Assembly (NCBI GenBank): GCA_045863335.1
Contig: BTVY01000042.1
Coordinates: 1 to 64,000 of the forward strand
Direction: 5' to 3'
Length of the DNA: 64,000 bases
Source: Candidatus Hydrogenedentota bacterium
GTDB taxonomy: Bacteria; Hydrogenedentota; Hydrogenedentia; Hydrogenedentales; SLHB01
Below, one piece after another: positions 30,631 to 40,633 of this stretch. The stretch's first letter is position 1. Every line of letters starts with the position of its first letter. A model generated the notes under the pieces. It saw nothing but the letters and a program-made list of their open reading frames with translations, did no database searches and was not told where the DNA came from. The translations under genes were made by a program, and so were the position numbers.

Positions 30631-33600
30631 CTACGGTGCTGAAACTTCCTTCGTAGACTTCCAATTCTGTATTTCGTCGCGCAACGAAATGGTACTGATC
30701 TGCAGACCTGTGGTCTCTTGCTCGTCGTAGCGCTCTAGTGACAATTGCATAGTTTCAGAGTCGTAAGTCCAACTGCGAATACCGTCCCACTCATCACCAC
30801 CCAGGGAGGCGGGTTGCCACTTCTGACGCTCCTCATCAAAGGAGCGTACATAGAGTCTTACAAAGTTTCCGTTCCCTGAGGGACCGGTCATTTCAATAAT
30901 CCATGGTAGAGCCTCACCCATGTCAACCAATTCATTTGTAATGAAGCTCAACTCGCGGGAAGGAACAAGGTCGGGAATCTCAGGATCCATTAGATCGCAG
31001 ACAATGAACTCATCACCTGAATCCTGCACTGTGTACGGGGCCACACGGATGCGACGAAACGACATTCCGTCAACAATCCAAAACACGTGATGAAACACAA
31101 CAATAGGATTCAATGAGCTTGTGAATCCACTCTTATACAACACGGCCGGCCGCGTGTCCCCGTCCAGACTGTCATACGTGGAATTACACATTTCTTCCGG
31201 AACAGACTGCTCATCTCGTGATACACTCACCTTGATTTTTTGGGGAATTTCCACCCAGTTAATGATATCCGCGAGCCTCCTCTTCACGGCATCGAAGGTC
31301 GCCTCCTGCTCAAACGTTCCGATCACCAAGTCGCGCAGACGTTCATCAAGGAAGATCGTCTTCGTTCTCCACACAGACATCCACTGGACCCAGCCCGTAC
31401 TGTGCTGCTTTTCAAGGAATTCGATATAAGTTTGCGCATCATGCTTAAAAGCAAGAATTAGCTCGTCCAAGTCATCACTCAAGGCTGGTGGTGTAATATA
31501 ACAAGTCAATCCTCCAGATTGTGTTTGCGGGATTTGGTGCTCGTTCTGGACGTTTGATGTTCGATCTTCGACGGACTTTACGACTTCCCGTTGCGCCCAA
31601 TCGGTTACATTCAAAGTAGCGTCGACAGACTCGCCAAATCGTTCCAAAGAGTAGCTGTACCGAAGCTCACAGGTTTCCCGATCGTAATATATGTCGGCGA
31701 ACTTATAGAGACCCTCGGGCACGACCGACTCGCTCAATTTCCACAGTTCGTTTTGCGGGTCGTAGACCATACGGTACAAGGTCACGTCCGTCTCTTGTGC
31801 GACGCCGTAGGAGATGAATATCAGCACCGGCTTGGCTACCTCGTTCGAGAACGCGTCAAGGAAATAGTAAAACCAGCAAAGGGGCGGACCGGCCGTGAAG
31901 CTCACGGCCCCATCACCAAGTTCCGGGAAGGTGGAGAGCCGGGCACCGCTGGGTTCCACGTGGATCACGTACGGTACGGTTATTCCCCGGCTCCAGCCCC
32001 ACATGGGTCTGACGAACGAATTCTGAAGCGCGTAGATTCGCTCGCCATCCGGAGAATCGATGGACCAGCACAACACCCTGGGGAGCTTGTCGGCGTCGGT
32101 CAGTTCCATCTGTATTGAGGTGTCCACGCCGGGCAGCGTGGGGCCGCCACGGACGTCAAATGTTCCAGGTTCGATCTGCTCGAAAGAGGCGACTCCCTCC
32201 AACGCGCGTTGGACGCTTTCTACGTCCGGCAACGTTTCGAATGCGACCAGAAGGCATTGGCGCACCGCCGCGTCCATTGGGGGTAGGGCCTTTTCCATAA
32301 TGAGCAAATTGTCGGGTTGCGGGACTTTCAAAACCGCTTGCCCATTGTCGTCAATCGTGTAGGCCAATGCGTCGCTCGCTTGCGCGATGTACCGGTCGTT
32401 GGCTTCGCGCAGTTGGGCAATGGCGTCGTCGAGAGATGGGTGCGGACTTTCCTGCAGAATCCTCTCACCCAAAACAGTGACTAGTTCTGAGTACGCGCCC
32501 CTGAGGTTAACTGCTAACTCCCTCGCCAGCGCTCTATCCTCCGCGAACTCCGCCAGCACACACTCCGCCTGCAGGACATCCAGCGTTTGAGCCACCTGAA
32601 GGCACTCCCTAACGTTTTTGAGAGACTTCGCTGGTATCCAAAGTTCTGCTCCCGCAGCGCCAAAGATCACTAGTGAGTTCTGTTCGAGCGCACGTGACAC
32701 GTCAGTGAAAGCATTGGCGGATAGATCGCCGACACGAGGAGAATCGGCAATAGTTTGCGCGGACGTCGAGACACCGGCCAAGAAATCGAAATCTCCGTAG
32801 AACAGAGGACACGGCAGACTACTGTTGGCAAATCGTACGAACACCGGACTCGGCCATGGCTTCACAAGCACGAAAGATCCTGGGTTATCTTCTGTTAGTA
32901 CCTCAGTCACAATCTCCTGAGATCGCACAAATTCAATCGTTGCACTAAGCGCCTCTTGCCTATCCGAGTACTCGCGAAGCAGGTGTGCATACAGAAAATT
33001 ATTCACATACCTCAGTAATTCTGAATCTGATCGGAACTGGCCATCTATAGGAAGGGAAAACTTCGCAGAATTCTCTCCCTCCACCGGCTGTAGAATGAAA
33101 GATCTGACTGTGACACCGTTTATGCAGAGATCTGCTTTACTGGACGTCTTTACGGTTTCGACCTTGTATGGAGGTGGGATAAAGTTCCCGTGAACTATTA
33201 CAACGCCTTTATCGACTCCACCGGAGAAGTGAGGGCTTAAGCGCTCGCGCGTGAAAGTATTAATCACGGCATTTTGCGAGAGAGTTGGGTCGTAGCGTCT
33301 AGTTGACGACGACACTGCAGCGACAACACGCCAGCGACCGTCCACCAATCGATAATCGAGTTGCCCTTCCGATGCTAAAGTTGTAATGAACCTGAGCCAC
33401 GTTGCGGGCTTCTCAATTTTGCTCGCATAATCAATACTCACGTACGTTGTCAGTGGCTGATCAAATTCGATCTCACTCCCATCTAATTCTGCAATAGAAA
33501 CTAACAGTTCACGCGCCGGGACGCAGCGGGCGATGATGCTTAGGGTTTCGCCTCCTTCGGGTGCTTCTTCTATACGTAGATATCCGATGGGATAGGAAGT

Positions 33601-33723
33601 AAGGAGAGCGTCTCCGGTGGGCGTGCAGACCTGCGAAAGGGAGAGTGTTGATCCTGCGCAAGCGACTGCAATGGATGCCAATGCGAGGCAGTGGCGGTGT
33701 ATACGGTGGTATGGTGTGTCCAT
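30631..33723 (-). CDS. Large AT-richer secreted hypothetical protein (~1030 aa) with tandem duplicated C-terminal domain
   Basis: Long ORF; signal-like LALASIAVACAG; atypical composition; internal repeat. Confidence 0.8.
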   Translation of the reverse strand: MDTPYHRIHRHCLALASIAVACAGSTLSLSQVCTPTGDALLTSYPIGYLRIEEAPEGGETLSIIARCVPARELLVSIAELDGSEIEFDQPLTTYVSIDYASKIEKPATWLRFITTLASEGQLDYRLVDGRWRVVAAVSSSTRRYDPTLSQNAVINTFTRERLSPHFSGGVDKGVVIVHGNFIPPPYKVETVKTSSKADLCINGVTVRSFILQPVEGENSAKFSLPIDGQFRSDSELLRYVNNFLYAHLLREYSDRQEALSATIEFVRSQEIVTEVLTEDNPGSFVLVKPWPSPVFVRFANSSLPCPLFYGDFDFLAGVSTSAQTIADSPRVGDLSANAFTDVSRALEQNSLVIFGAAGAELWIPAKSLKNVRECLQVAQTLDVLQAECVLAEFAEDRALARELAVNLRGAYSELVTVLGERILQESPHPSLDDAIAQLREANDRYIAQASDALAYTIDDNGQAVLKVPQPDNLLIMEKALPPMDAAVRQCLLVAFETLPDVESVQRALEGVASFEQIEPGTFDVRGGPTLPGVDTSIQMELTDADKLPRVLCWSIDSPDGERIYALQNSFVRPMWGWSRGITVPYVIHVEPSGARLSTFPELGDGAVSFTAGPPLCWFYYFLDAFSNEVAKPVLIFISYGVAQETDVTLYRMVYDPQNELWKLSESVVPEGLYKFADIYYDRETCELRYSYSLERFGESVDATLNVTDWAQREVVKSVEDRTSNVQNEHQIPQTQSGGLTCYITPPALSDDLDELILAFKHDAQTYIEFLEKQHSTGWVQWMSVWRTKTIFLDERLRDLVIGTFEQEATFDAVKRRLADIINWVEIPQKIKVSVSRDEQSVPEEMCNSTYDSLDGDTRPAVLYKSGFTSSLNPIVVFHHVFWIVDGMSFRRIRVAPYTVQDSGDEFIVCDLMDPEIPDLVPSRELSFITNELVDMGEALPWIIEMTGPSGNGNFVRLYVRSFDEERQKWQPASLGGDEWDGIRSWTYDSETMQLSLERYDEQETTGLQISTISLRDEIQNWKSTKEVSAP

Positions 33724-33837
33724 TTGAACCCCCAAATTTTCCAAGACCCGGGATAGGGGTCTATCGTTCCCTATACTATTATACCTCTGCGAGCAATGTG
33801 GTTGCGCAACGCATCGCGCTATGGATTCGGAGTGAAT

Positions 33838-33975
33838 GCGAAGATGGGTCCCCGCCTGCGCGGGGATGACGGCATCGAGGTGCTCGCGGTTTCGGGCATG
33901 GAATTGTAGCGCCCGGGTTCCACCCCGGGCGAGTGACGGAGCCGGGGACGTCCGGCGTGGAAGCCGGACGCTACA
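33838..33975. repeat. Family-B hairpin plus family-A REP-like element
   Basis: Homologous to 30286-30450 in mirrored order. Confidence 0.85.
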
Positions 33976-34026
33976 GTGCGGATTCTCTTGTGGAAGGTGG
34001 ACGTTACGGGGGATTCTCATCTCGGT

Positions 34027-34386
34027 TCACCGGTTTCGGGCGTAGACCAGTGTTTGCAGAATCGGGATTGTGGAGAAGAGGAGGATGGGTCCGATCATGA
34101 TGATCCATCCGGTGACGCTCAGGCCGATGTCGGGGCCGAGGTTTAACGTCATCTTGACCGCTCCGCTTGCGATCAGACCGAAGGACCACCAGAACATGGC
34201 GCGGCCGCCGTACTCGTTGATGGCGTACCAGTCTTCTTCGGAGCGGAAGGCTTTGGGTATGCGGAATCCGTAGAACTGGTTCATGGGGATGGTGCGGCGC
34301 ATCAGGGGGATGCATAACAGCATGAACAGGATCCCGCAGCCGATGTCCGACAGGCCCAGGATGATCCCGATTGCATTGGCAGGCAT
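34027..34386 (-). CDS. SdpI/YfhL family membrane protein
   Basis: PMNQFYGFRIPKAFRSEEDWYAINEYGGR between TM helices. Confidence 0.85.
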   Translation of the reverse strand: MPANAIGIILGLSDIGCGILFMLLCIPLMRRTIPMNQFYGFRIPKAFRSEEDWYAINEYGGRAMFWWSFGLIASGAVKMTLNLGPDIGLSVTGWIIMIGPILLFSTIPILQTLVYARNR

Positions 34387-34477
34387 TGATGTCGTCCTTA
34401 TCAGCTTTCTTCAGGCTTGTCTCTCAAAGAAGGAATGCACTTGTTGGAGGTAGCCTTCGAGACATGCCCTGGCGTCG

Positions 34478-34966
34478 TCAGTCCACCCGTTCTGTTCTGT
34501 ACTCATTGGACGGTTCCCCCGGTTGTCCATTTCGTCCTATTTGTTCTGCAATGACTCGCGCCAGTTCCTCCGACGCCTCGCAGTACACGCGCGTCTTCAG
34601 TTCGGGCGCGGAGAAGAAGTGTCGTTTGCGCGCCGGGTCCACGCTGTGGATTTCAACGCAAGGTCCCCAATATCCGCTGTCGAGGGATGCGGAAACGATC
34701 GTTTCCATTCGCTCGTGCGGGCCGCACGCAGGAAACCAGAGATCGATTTCCATTCGCTGGGGCGGGAGAGCAAGACAGGAAATGAGCACGCGCCGGCCGG
34801 TCACGCAGACCGCGAGATTGGTCATGATCGGGTACGTCCAGAGGCCCAGGCTGTGGGCGCAGCGGGTGACGATGGCGCGCGGTTCTTTGACGGGATAGAG
34901 GATGGCTTCGCCGGGCAGGAAGGGGGACATGGCGCCGAATTTGTAGCGGATGTACATGACCGTCAT
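34478..34966 (-). CDS. Hypothetical protein
   Basis: ORF with GGGGA RBS, co-oriented with neighbours. Confidence 0.6.
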   Translation of the reverse strand: MTVMYIRYKFGAMSPFLPGEAILYPVKEPRAIVTRCAHSLGLWTYPIMTNLAVCVTGRRVLISCLALPPQRMEIDLWFPACGPHERMETIVSASLDSGYWGPCVEIHSVDPARKRHFFSAPELKTRVYCEASEELARVIAEQIGRNGQPGEPSNEYRTERVD

Positions 34967-35090
34967 CGCACGATCCCCCGCGAGTCGCGTTGAGGCCGTT
35001 TCCCCCGAAGCGGGCCTCTCGCGCGCTTCATCTATACAGTACCATAAGCTAGTATTTGTCGCAAGGTAGAATATTGGGGTGTGGGGTGAA

Positions 35091-35483
35091 GTTCTTTCGC
35101 CCTTCCAGGGCTTCGCGATCTGGCCGGGGCCGTACCCAGGGTTCCGCTCGTGCCTCGCTCCACCCTGGGCTACAATCGGGTCGCCCCTACCGGGGCTGCG
35201 GGCTTCCGAGCGGTTGCGTGTGGAAAGGGCTGCGGGATTGCGAGGCGTCGTGTGTAGATGTCGGAAGAATAGGTACAGGTACCATTTTCCATTTTGGGCG
35301 CGGAGAAGATCTTGGGTGTGGAGAAGGAAAATGGTACCAGTCCCGATTTTTCACGCTTGGGTGTACGGTTCTTTCGCCCTTCCAGGGCTTCGCGATCTGG
35401 CCGGGGCTGTACCCAGGGTTCCGCTCGTGCCTCGCTCCACCCTGGGCAACAATCGGGTCGCCCCTGCCGGGGCTGCGGGCTTC
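35091..35483. repeat. Two ~115-bp direct family-D-like REP copies enclosing an inverted GGTACCATTTTCC/GGAAAATGGTACC pair
   Basis: 35091-35205 vs 35368-35483 nearly identical; related copy at 62584-62696. Confidence 0.9.
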
Positions 35484-35514
35484 TGATTGGTTGCGTGTGG
35501 ATGGGGCGCATGTC

Positions 35515-35676
35515 ATCCGGCAGTGCGGCGCGGGTGGTGGTGCAGGTCATCCGGCAGTGCGGCGTGGGAGGGGGTGCGGGTTATCCGGCAGTGCGGCGTG
35601 GGTGGGGTGCGGGTTATCCGGCAGTGCGGCGCGGATGGGGGTGCAGGTCATCCGGCAGTGCGGCGTGGGTGGGGGT
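35515..35676. repeat. ~34-bp tandem repeat x5 (ATCCGGCAGTGCGGCG + G-rich linker)
   Basis: Directly visible. Confidence 0.9.
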
Positions 35677-35901
35677 GAGGGTTCCTGAGCGGTTGCGTGC
35701 GATTGAGCGATTCACGCGGGGGAAGCCGAACGCCATTCGGCATTGATTGGATGTTTTCGTGGGCTGGCCAGATTTCTCACGCCACTCCGGGCCGTCGCGT
35801 CGTCTTTGTTTGGAATTTTGGATTTGTTTCGGATTTCGAGCTCTCGCCTCGGCATAGCGTACGGCGGATCCAGGGTCGGATTTCGGATTTAGCTTTTCCG
35901 C

Positions 35902-36366
35902 CTAATCTTGTCCCTTGCGCACGGACTTTACTGCGCGGTCCATTTCGCGTTTGACTTCGCGTTCCTGGATGGTGCGGCGTTTGTCGATGGTTTGTTTGCC
36001 TCGGCAGAGGCCGAGTTCGACTTTGGCTTTGCCGTCTTTGAAGTAGACGCTGAGGGGGACGAGGGTCAGGCCTTTTTCGGCGACTTGGGCGCCGAGACGT
36101 TCGATCTCGCGTTTGTGGAGCAGGAGTTTTCGTTGGCGTTCGGGGTCGTGGTTCCAGACGGTGCCCTGTTCGTAGGGGTTGATGTGGGCGCCGATCAAAT
36201 ACATCTCACCCCCGACGATGTCGGCGTAGCTGTCTTTGAGCACCATCTGGCCGGCGCGCAGGGATTTGACTTCGGTTCCGCGCAATACGATACCTGCCTC
36301 GTGCTTTTCGAGCACGTGGTAATCGTGGCGCGCGCGCCGGTTCGATACAATGGTTTTGATTCCCAT
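35902..36366 (-). CDS. smpB: SsrA-binding protein
   Basis: NRRARHDY, EAGIVLRGTEVKSLR, RKLLLHKREI, DKR. Confidence 0.98.
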   Translation of the reverse strand: MGIKTIVSNRRARHDYHVLEKHEAGIVLRGTEVKSLRAGQMVLKDSYADIVGGEMYLIGAHINPYEQGTVWNHDPERQRKLLLHKREIERLGAQVAEKGLTLVPLSVYFKDGKAKVELGLCRGKQTIDKRRTIQEREVKREMDRAVKSVRKGQD

Positions 36367-36423
36367 GGGTTGCAAACCTATGACGTGGGTCTTGCCCACA
36401 GGGTTAAGCGATCTGGCCGAAGT

Positions 36424-36480
36424 AAATCCGAAATTCGAAGCACGAAATCCGAAACAAATTCGAATGATCTAAATTCGAAA
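36424..36480. repeat. Degenerate 7-mer repeat (AAATCCG/AAATTCG family)
   Basis: Relatives at ~35805-35890, 50551-50600, 50740-50800, 62749-62815, 63220-63280. Confidence 0.85.
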
Positions 36481-36603
36481 CGTGCCACATCCATGGTGCG
36501 GAGCAGGAACGTGGCGCTGGGGCTCTTCAGGATGCAGGCGGGGACGCCTGCGCTACATTTTAGCTTAATTCAGATTACTACCGTTCAAACATCCAGTTCT
36601 TAC

Positions 36604-37908
36604 CTAAGGGATGATCGACTCCAATGCGGTCATCATTGTTGGTCCGGCTTCGGGGCCGGGGGACATGCTAACGAGGTACTCGGCGTGGGGCATGGTGTCG
36701 CCTTCGAAATACTCTGATTTCAGAATGTAGCCGAGTTCGTCCAGTCCCAATCCGACGACCATCTTGGGGCCGGAGTCCATCAGCTCCTTCGTTTTCCAAC
36801 CGTGGATTGGGGAAGTCTCGCCCGGATGCGTTGCGATCTGGACGGGTCCGATCGCGATCCAGGCGACTTCGGTTTCCACGGTGTCACCCATGGGGCGATC
36901 GACGATACCCAAGGCGCTCAATTGCTTGAAACCCTCGTTGGCGACGGGAATCGTGAACACTTTGTTCGCAAAGCGAATCGCGGTGTCCTCTATCGGGTTC
37001 ATCTGTTCCATGGCGGCGAGCACGTCGGCCGCGAATCGTTTGCCATAGTCTTCCGCCAGGGCGAAGGTGCGTTCCGGGGTGACGGGTTGAATCCAGCCGC
37101 CGATGGCGCCCTGGAGGAAGAGGTGCTCGCCGGGATAAAGGGCGCTCATCTCCTTGTAAAACGCGCCAATATAGTCCGCGCTGACTTCGCTGACGGTTCC
37201 ATCCACGCAGGTGGGGTGACAGGCGAAGTTCGTCAGCGTCGCGATGTTCACGCCCGATTCGTCCAGGCACTGCAACACGACAACGCTCCGGTCGACTTCG
37301 CCGGGCTCACAGTCGTTCACCACCCAGCCTTCGCCCGATTCCGTTTCGGCGACGTGCAGCGTTGCGGGGCGTCGCGCTGCGGCCGCTTGGGCGACTTGGT
37401 CCGCCGCAACTTCGATGAGATGGTCGAGGTAGGCGGGATCAACGCCGGACGTGGTCTCGTCCGGACCCCAAATGCCGATGACGTCGGGTCCCGCGTGGGT
37501 ATGGGTTGACGAGACGATGATGCGCTCCTCGGGAAGCGTGATGCCAGACAGCTTCTCCACAGCCGCTTTGCGAATTCGCTGCACGGTGGGGTAAGGGAGG
37601 CCGATGCAATCGACCGCCACGAAGGCGACCGGCGTCGCGCCGTCGTCCAGGACTACGGCCTTCGCAAAAATGTCGTCGTATACGCCAGTAAACCGGCGAT
37701 TCTTCGCATCGCCGGCGATGTGCGTTCCGATGGGCGGAGTGACAACCGCGGAAGCCGCCCCTGCCTTGAACACCGTTTGCTTCTCCTTCGCGTCTGCAAG
37801 ATTGATTTCGCGCGTTGGCGCGTCCGTCGCGACGGTTGTCGTCGCTCGTTGGCCACAGCCTAGCGCACACGCCGCGATCACGGCGACAAGTATCGCTGCG
37901 CTATGCAT
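36604..37908 (-). CDS. Neutral/alkaline ceramidase-like lipoprotein
   Basis: Lipobox ALGC; SSTHTHAGPD, NFACHPT, FLQGAIGG. Confidence 0.8.
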   Translation of the reverse strand: MHSAAILVAVIAACALGCGQRATTTVATDAPTREINLADAKEKQTVFKAGAASAVVTPPIGTHIAGDAKNRRFTGVYDDIFAKAVVLDDGATPVAFVAVDCIGLPYPTVQRIRKAAVEKLSGITLPEERIIVSSTHTHAGPDVIGIWGPDETTSGVDPAYLDHLIEVAADQVAQAAAARRPATLHVAETESGEGWVVNDCEPGEVDRSVVVLQCLDESGVNIATLTNFACHPTCVDGTVSEVSADYIGAFYKEMSALYPGEHLFLQGAIGGWIQPVTPERTFALAEDYGKRFAADVLAAMEQMNPIEDTAIRFANKVFTIPVANEGFKQLSALGIVDRPMGDTVETEVAWIAIGPVQIATHPGETSPIHGWKTKELMDSGPKMVVGLGLDELGYILKSEYFEGDTMPHAEYLVSMSPGPEAGPTMMTALESIIP

Positions 37909-37978
37909 ACCCCCGGCAACTGTGGCCACTAGTGTAGTGATTTCGAGATTCTTTCAATAATTTCAAACTGGTATCTGA

Positions 37979-38016
37979 GGGAACATCCCCCTAATCCCCC
38001 TTCAAAGGGGGACTTT
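37979..38016. repeat. Family-C REP-like element downstream of tolB
   Basis: GGAACATCCCCCTAATCCCCCTTCAAAGGGGGAC. Confidence 0.8.
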
Positions 38017-38067
38017 GAGCAAAACGTCGCACAAAATTTTTGATAAGGACCTTAGGTTTCGCGCCCA

Positions 38068-39369
38068 CTAGCGGCGCGGTCCCCAGTCGGGCCCTTGCCC
38101 GCGCGCGCTGAGCCGGGGCACCTTCCGATTCTCGCCGGTCGCAACCGTCACGGTCCACAATTCCGCCGAGCCGCCTCGCGTGGAGCTGAAGATGACGTGC
38201 CGCGAATCACGAGACCAACTTGGGGATTCGTTCGATCCGCCTGAACTCGTCATTTGCCGCGGGTTGCTTCCATCGGCGCCCATGACGTAGATCTCGAATC
38301 CCTCGCCGCCTTTCTCGACGACATAGGCAATCGATTGTCCGTCCGGCGACCAGGACGGGTCGTAGGACTTGCCGCCCTGGAGTGACGCGCGCCGCGCGCT
38401 TCCGCCGGTGGCGTCCATGACGTAGATCTGCGGGTTCCCGCCGCGTTCGCTGACGAAGGCGATCTGCCGTCCGTCGGGACTGAAGGTCGGCGATGAATCG
38501 ACGGCGGGGTCGTTCGTCAAGCGTTGCTTGTTCGAGCCGTCCGCGTTCATGATGTAGATCTCTGAGTTCGCGTCCTTGCTCAACACCATGGCGATGCGTT
38601 TGCCGTCCGGGGACCAGGCGGGGGCACTGTTCATGCCCACTTCTTTGGAGACGGCGGTGGATACGCCCGAGGCGAGGTCGTAGACATAGAGGAACTGGTA
38701 GCGATCCTTGTACGAAACGTAGGCGATCTTCGAGCCGTCGGGCGAAAAGGCGGGAAGAATGGAAATGGAGCCGTGCTTGGTCAATTGCGTTTCGTTGGCG
38801 CCGTCGTAATCGGAGACGAAGATTTCTTTCTTCCCCGTTTGGCCACCGCTGAAGCAAACTTGTGTGGACGCGATGCCCGGCTCGCCGTCGAGGTAGCGCA
38901 CGATCTCGTCGGCAAATTGATGGGAGACCAGGCGCCACCAGGACTCCTGGGCGGCGAGGCGCTTGCCGACGACCTGCTGACCCGATGCCACATCGAACAA
39001 CCGGCATTCCGCGGCGATCTGACCGCCCGCGGTGGTCACGTAGACGTGGACTAGAAACTCCGCGGACGTGGTACGCCACTGGTCGAAGTTGATCTGTGTG
39101 GCATCGCTCGTGAAGCCGGCAAAGCCTTGCGGGAATTCAGGGCGCGTGAGCACCCGGACCAGCCCCGTAAAGTCCAAGTCGTCCGACAGCACCTGCGCCA
39201 TCTCGACGCCCATGGATTCGGATCCGGGCGCCGTGACGAAGGTTGGGACGGCGACGGGAATGCGTTTGTCCGCGGGTCCCTTCGTGATGTCTCCGACGAC
39301 GCGTTGCTCCTGCGCCGATGACAGCACAGTGGCTAGAATGCAAAGTGCGCAGATTCGCAATACTTTCAC
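38068..39369 (-). CDS. tolB: Tol-Pal beta-propeller protein TolB
   Basis: IPVAVP.F N-domain, HQFADEI, six PD40-type repeats (PAWSPDGK); AGGAGG RBS before GTG. Confidence 0.92.
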   Translation of the reverse strand: MKVLRICALCILATVLSSAQEQRVVGDITKGPADKRIPVAVPTFVTAPGSESMGVEMAQVLSDDLDFTGLVRVLTRPEFPQGFAGFTSDATQINFDQWRTTSAEFLVHVYVTTAGGQIAAECRLFDVASGQQVVGKRLAAQESWWRLVSHQFADEIVRYLDGEPGIASTQVCFSGGQTGKKEIFVSDYDGANETQLTKHGSISILPAFSPDGSKIAYVSYKDRYQFLYVYDLASGVSTAVSKEVGMNSAPAWSPDGKRIAMVLSKDANSEIYIMNADGSNKQRLTNDPAVDSSPTFSPDGRQIAFVSERGGNPQIYVMDATGGSARRASLQGGKSYDPSWSPDGQSIAYVVEKGGEGFEIYVMGADGSNPRQMTSSGGSNESPSWSRDSRHVIFSSTRGGSAELWTVTVATGENRKVPRLSARGQGPDWGPRR

Positions 39370-39392
39370 GATGGTTCTTCCTCCTAAGCCGA

Positions 39393-40223
39393 TTACCATT
39401 GCGGTATGAAGTTGTAGACGACCTGTACTTCCGGCTGCGTGTACCCGTCCGGCAAGGGCGGGAACGGCGCAGCCGATTTCACGGCTTCGATGGCGGACTT
39501 GCCTATCGCCGGATCGAGCGCGTGTTTCAATATTTCCGGTTCACCAATCAGCCTTCCGTCCCGGCTCACCCAGAACGATACTACCGCTTCATTGTTCTGC
39601 GGATCGATCCGGACGCCTACCGGCAATTGCCAGGCCCGTTCCACCTTGCGCTGGACCAGGCCGCCCCAGGTGCCCAAGACCGTCGGAAGCGCCTGCTTGA
39701 TGCTGACGCCGGGCTTTGCCGCGGGTTGCGGCGGCGTTGGCTTCTCCACCGGCTTGGGCTCCGGTTTCGGTTCGGGCTTTGGCTCGGGCTTGGGCTCCGG
39801 CTTGGGCTCCGGCTTGGGTTCGGGCTTCGGCTCTGGCTTGGGCTCCGGCTTCGGTTCGGGTTTCGGTTCGGGTTTCGGTTCGGGTTTCGGTTCGGGTTTC
39901 GGTTCCGGCGGTTTCGGTATCGGCGCCTCCTCCTTTGGTGGAGGGGGCGGTGGTGGTGGTTCGGGTTCCGGCTCCGGCGGTGGAGGAGGAGGTTCCGGTT
40001 CGGGCTGCACCTCTTCCACCGGAGCCTCGGCCTGCTCCGCAACATCCCCGGGCGAAAAGAATTCGACTTGATACACGCTGGGATGCTCGGTTGGTTGTTT
40101 GAAGGCGAAGAACCATGCGACAGCGGCGACCGCGCCCACGTGCAAGAGCAGCGATACGATGATCGCTCGCCTCAGTGCAGGCGAGGAATGGTGTAGCCAG
40201 TAATAGTCGTAACGATCCTGCAT
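39393..40223 (-). CDS. TolA/TonB-family energy transducer with PKPE-rich linker
   Basis: SLLLH TM motif, (PKPE)n, C-terminal AIEAVKSAAPFPPLP; upstream of tolB. Confidence 0.85.
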   Translation of the reverse strand: MQDRYDYYWLHHSSPALRRAIIVSLLLHVGAVAAVAWFFAFKQPTEHPSVYQVEFFSPGDVAEQAEAPVEEVQPEPEPPPPPPEPEPEPPPPPPPPKEEAPIPKPPEPKPEPKPEPKPEPKPEPKPEPKPEPKPEPKPEPKPEPKPEPKPEPKPEPKPVEKPTPPQPAAKPGVSIKQALPTVLGTWGGLVQRKVERAWQLPVGVRIDPQNNEAVVSFWVSRDGRLIGEPEILKHALDPAIGKSAIEAVKSAAPFPPLPDGYTQPEVQVVYNFIPQW

Positions 40224-40633
40224 GAATGATTGAGACGATTCCAGATGGTTGCGATCATAGCAATCCGGTCTTGGACAGTACGGTCATGCTCGACGGCGTC
40301 CGCCACGCCGGGGTGCAAACCGGGTGTGGCCGACCGATATAGAGGCGCTCCAACGGGTGCTGAGTATGGCACAATCCGTGTTCCCGATGCAAAGACGGCG
40401 CGAGCGGCTCACACCACATCTACCGCCTCACACGTGACTTACCCCAACAGTTGGTAGCCACCTGCTATTGAGAATACTATCCCCGGCCACGTCGCAAAGT
40501 TGCGCCGCTGATCTGGAAAACCCGACCCGCCATGTCTACAATACTTGCCGCGTCATCGCGTGCTGGCTTGTTCGGTTTGGAAGGAAAGGATGGGCGACTG
40601 CCGGTCCCCGCCCATTTGCGTCTCATTGCATTC

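Noticed and set aside
33724-34020. N-terminal ~100 aa of the 1129-aa ORF call
   Set aside because: Translates REP elements; ATG at 33723 precedes the signal-like segment
35515-35676. Possible CRISPR mini-array
   Set aside because: Core is only 16 bp, linkers ~18 bp and homologous to each other; no cas genes
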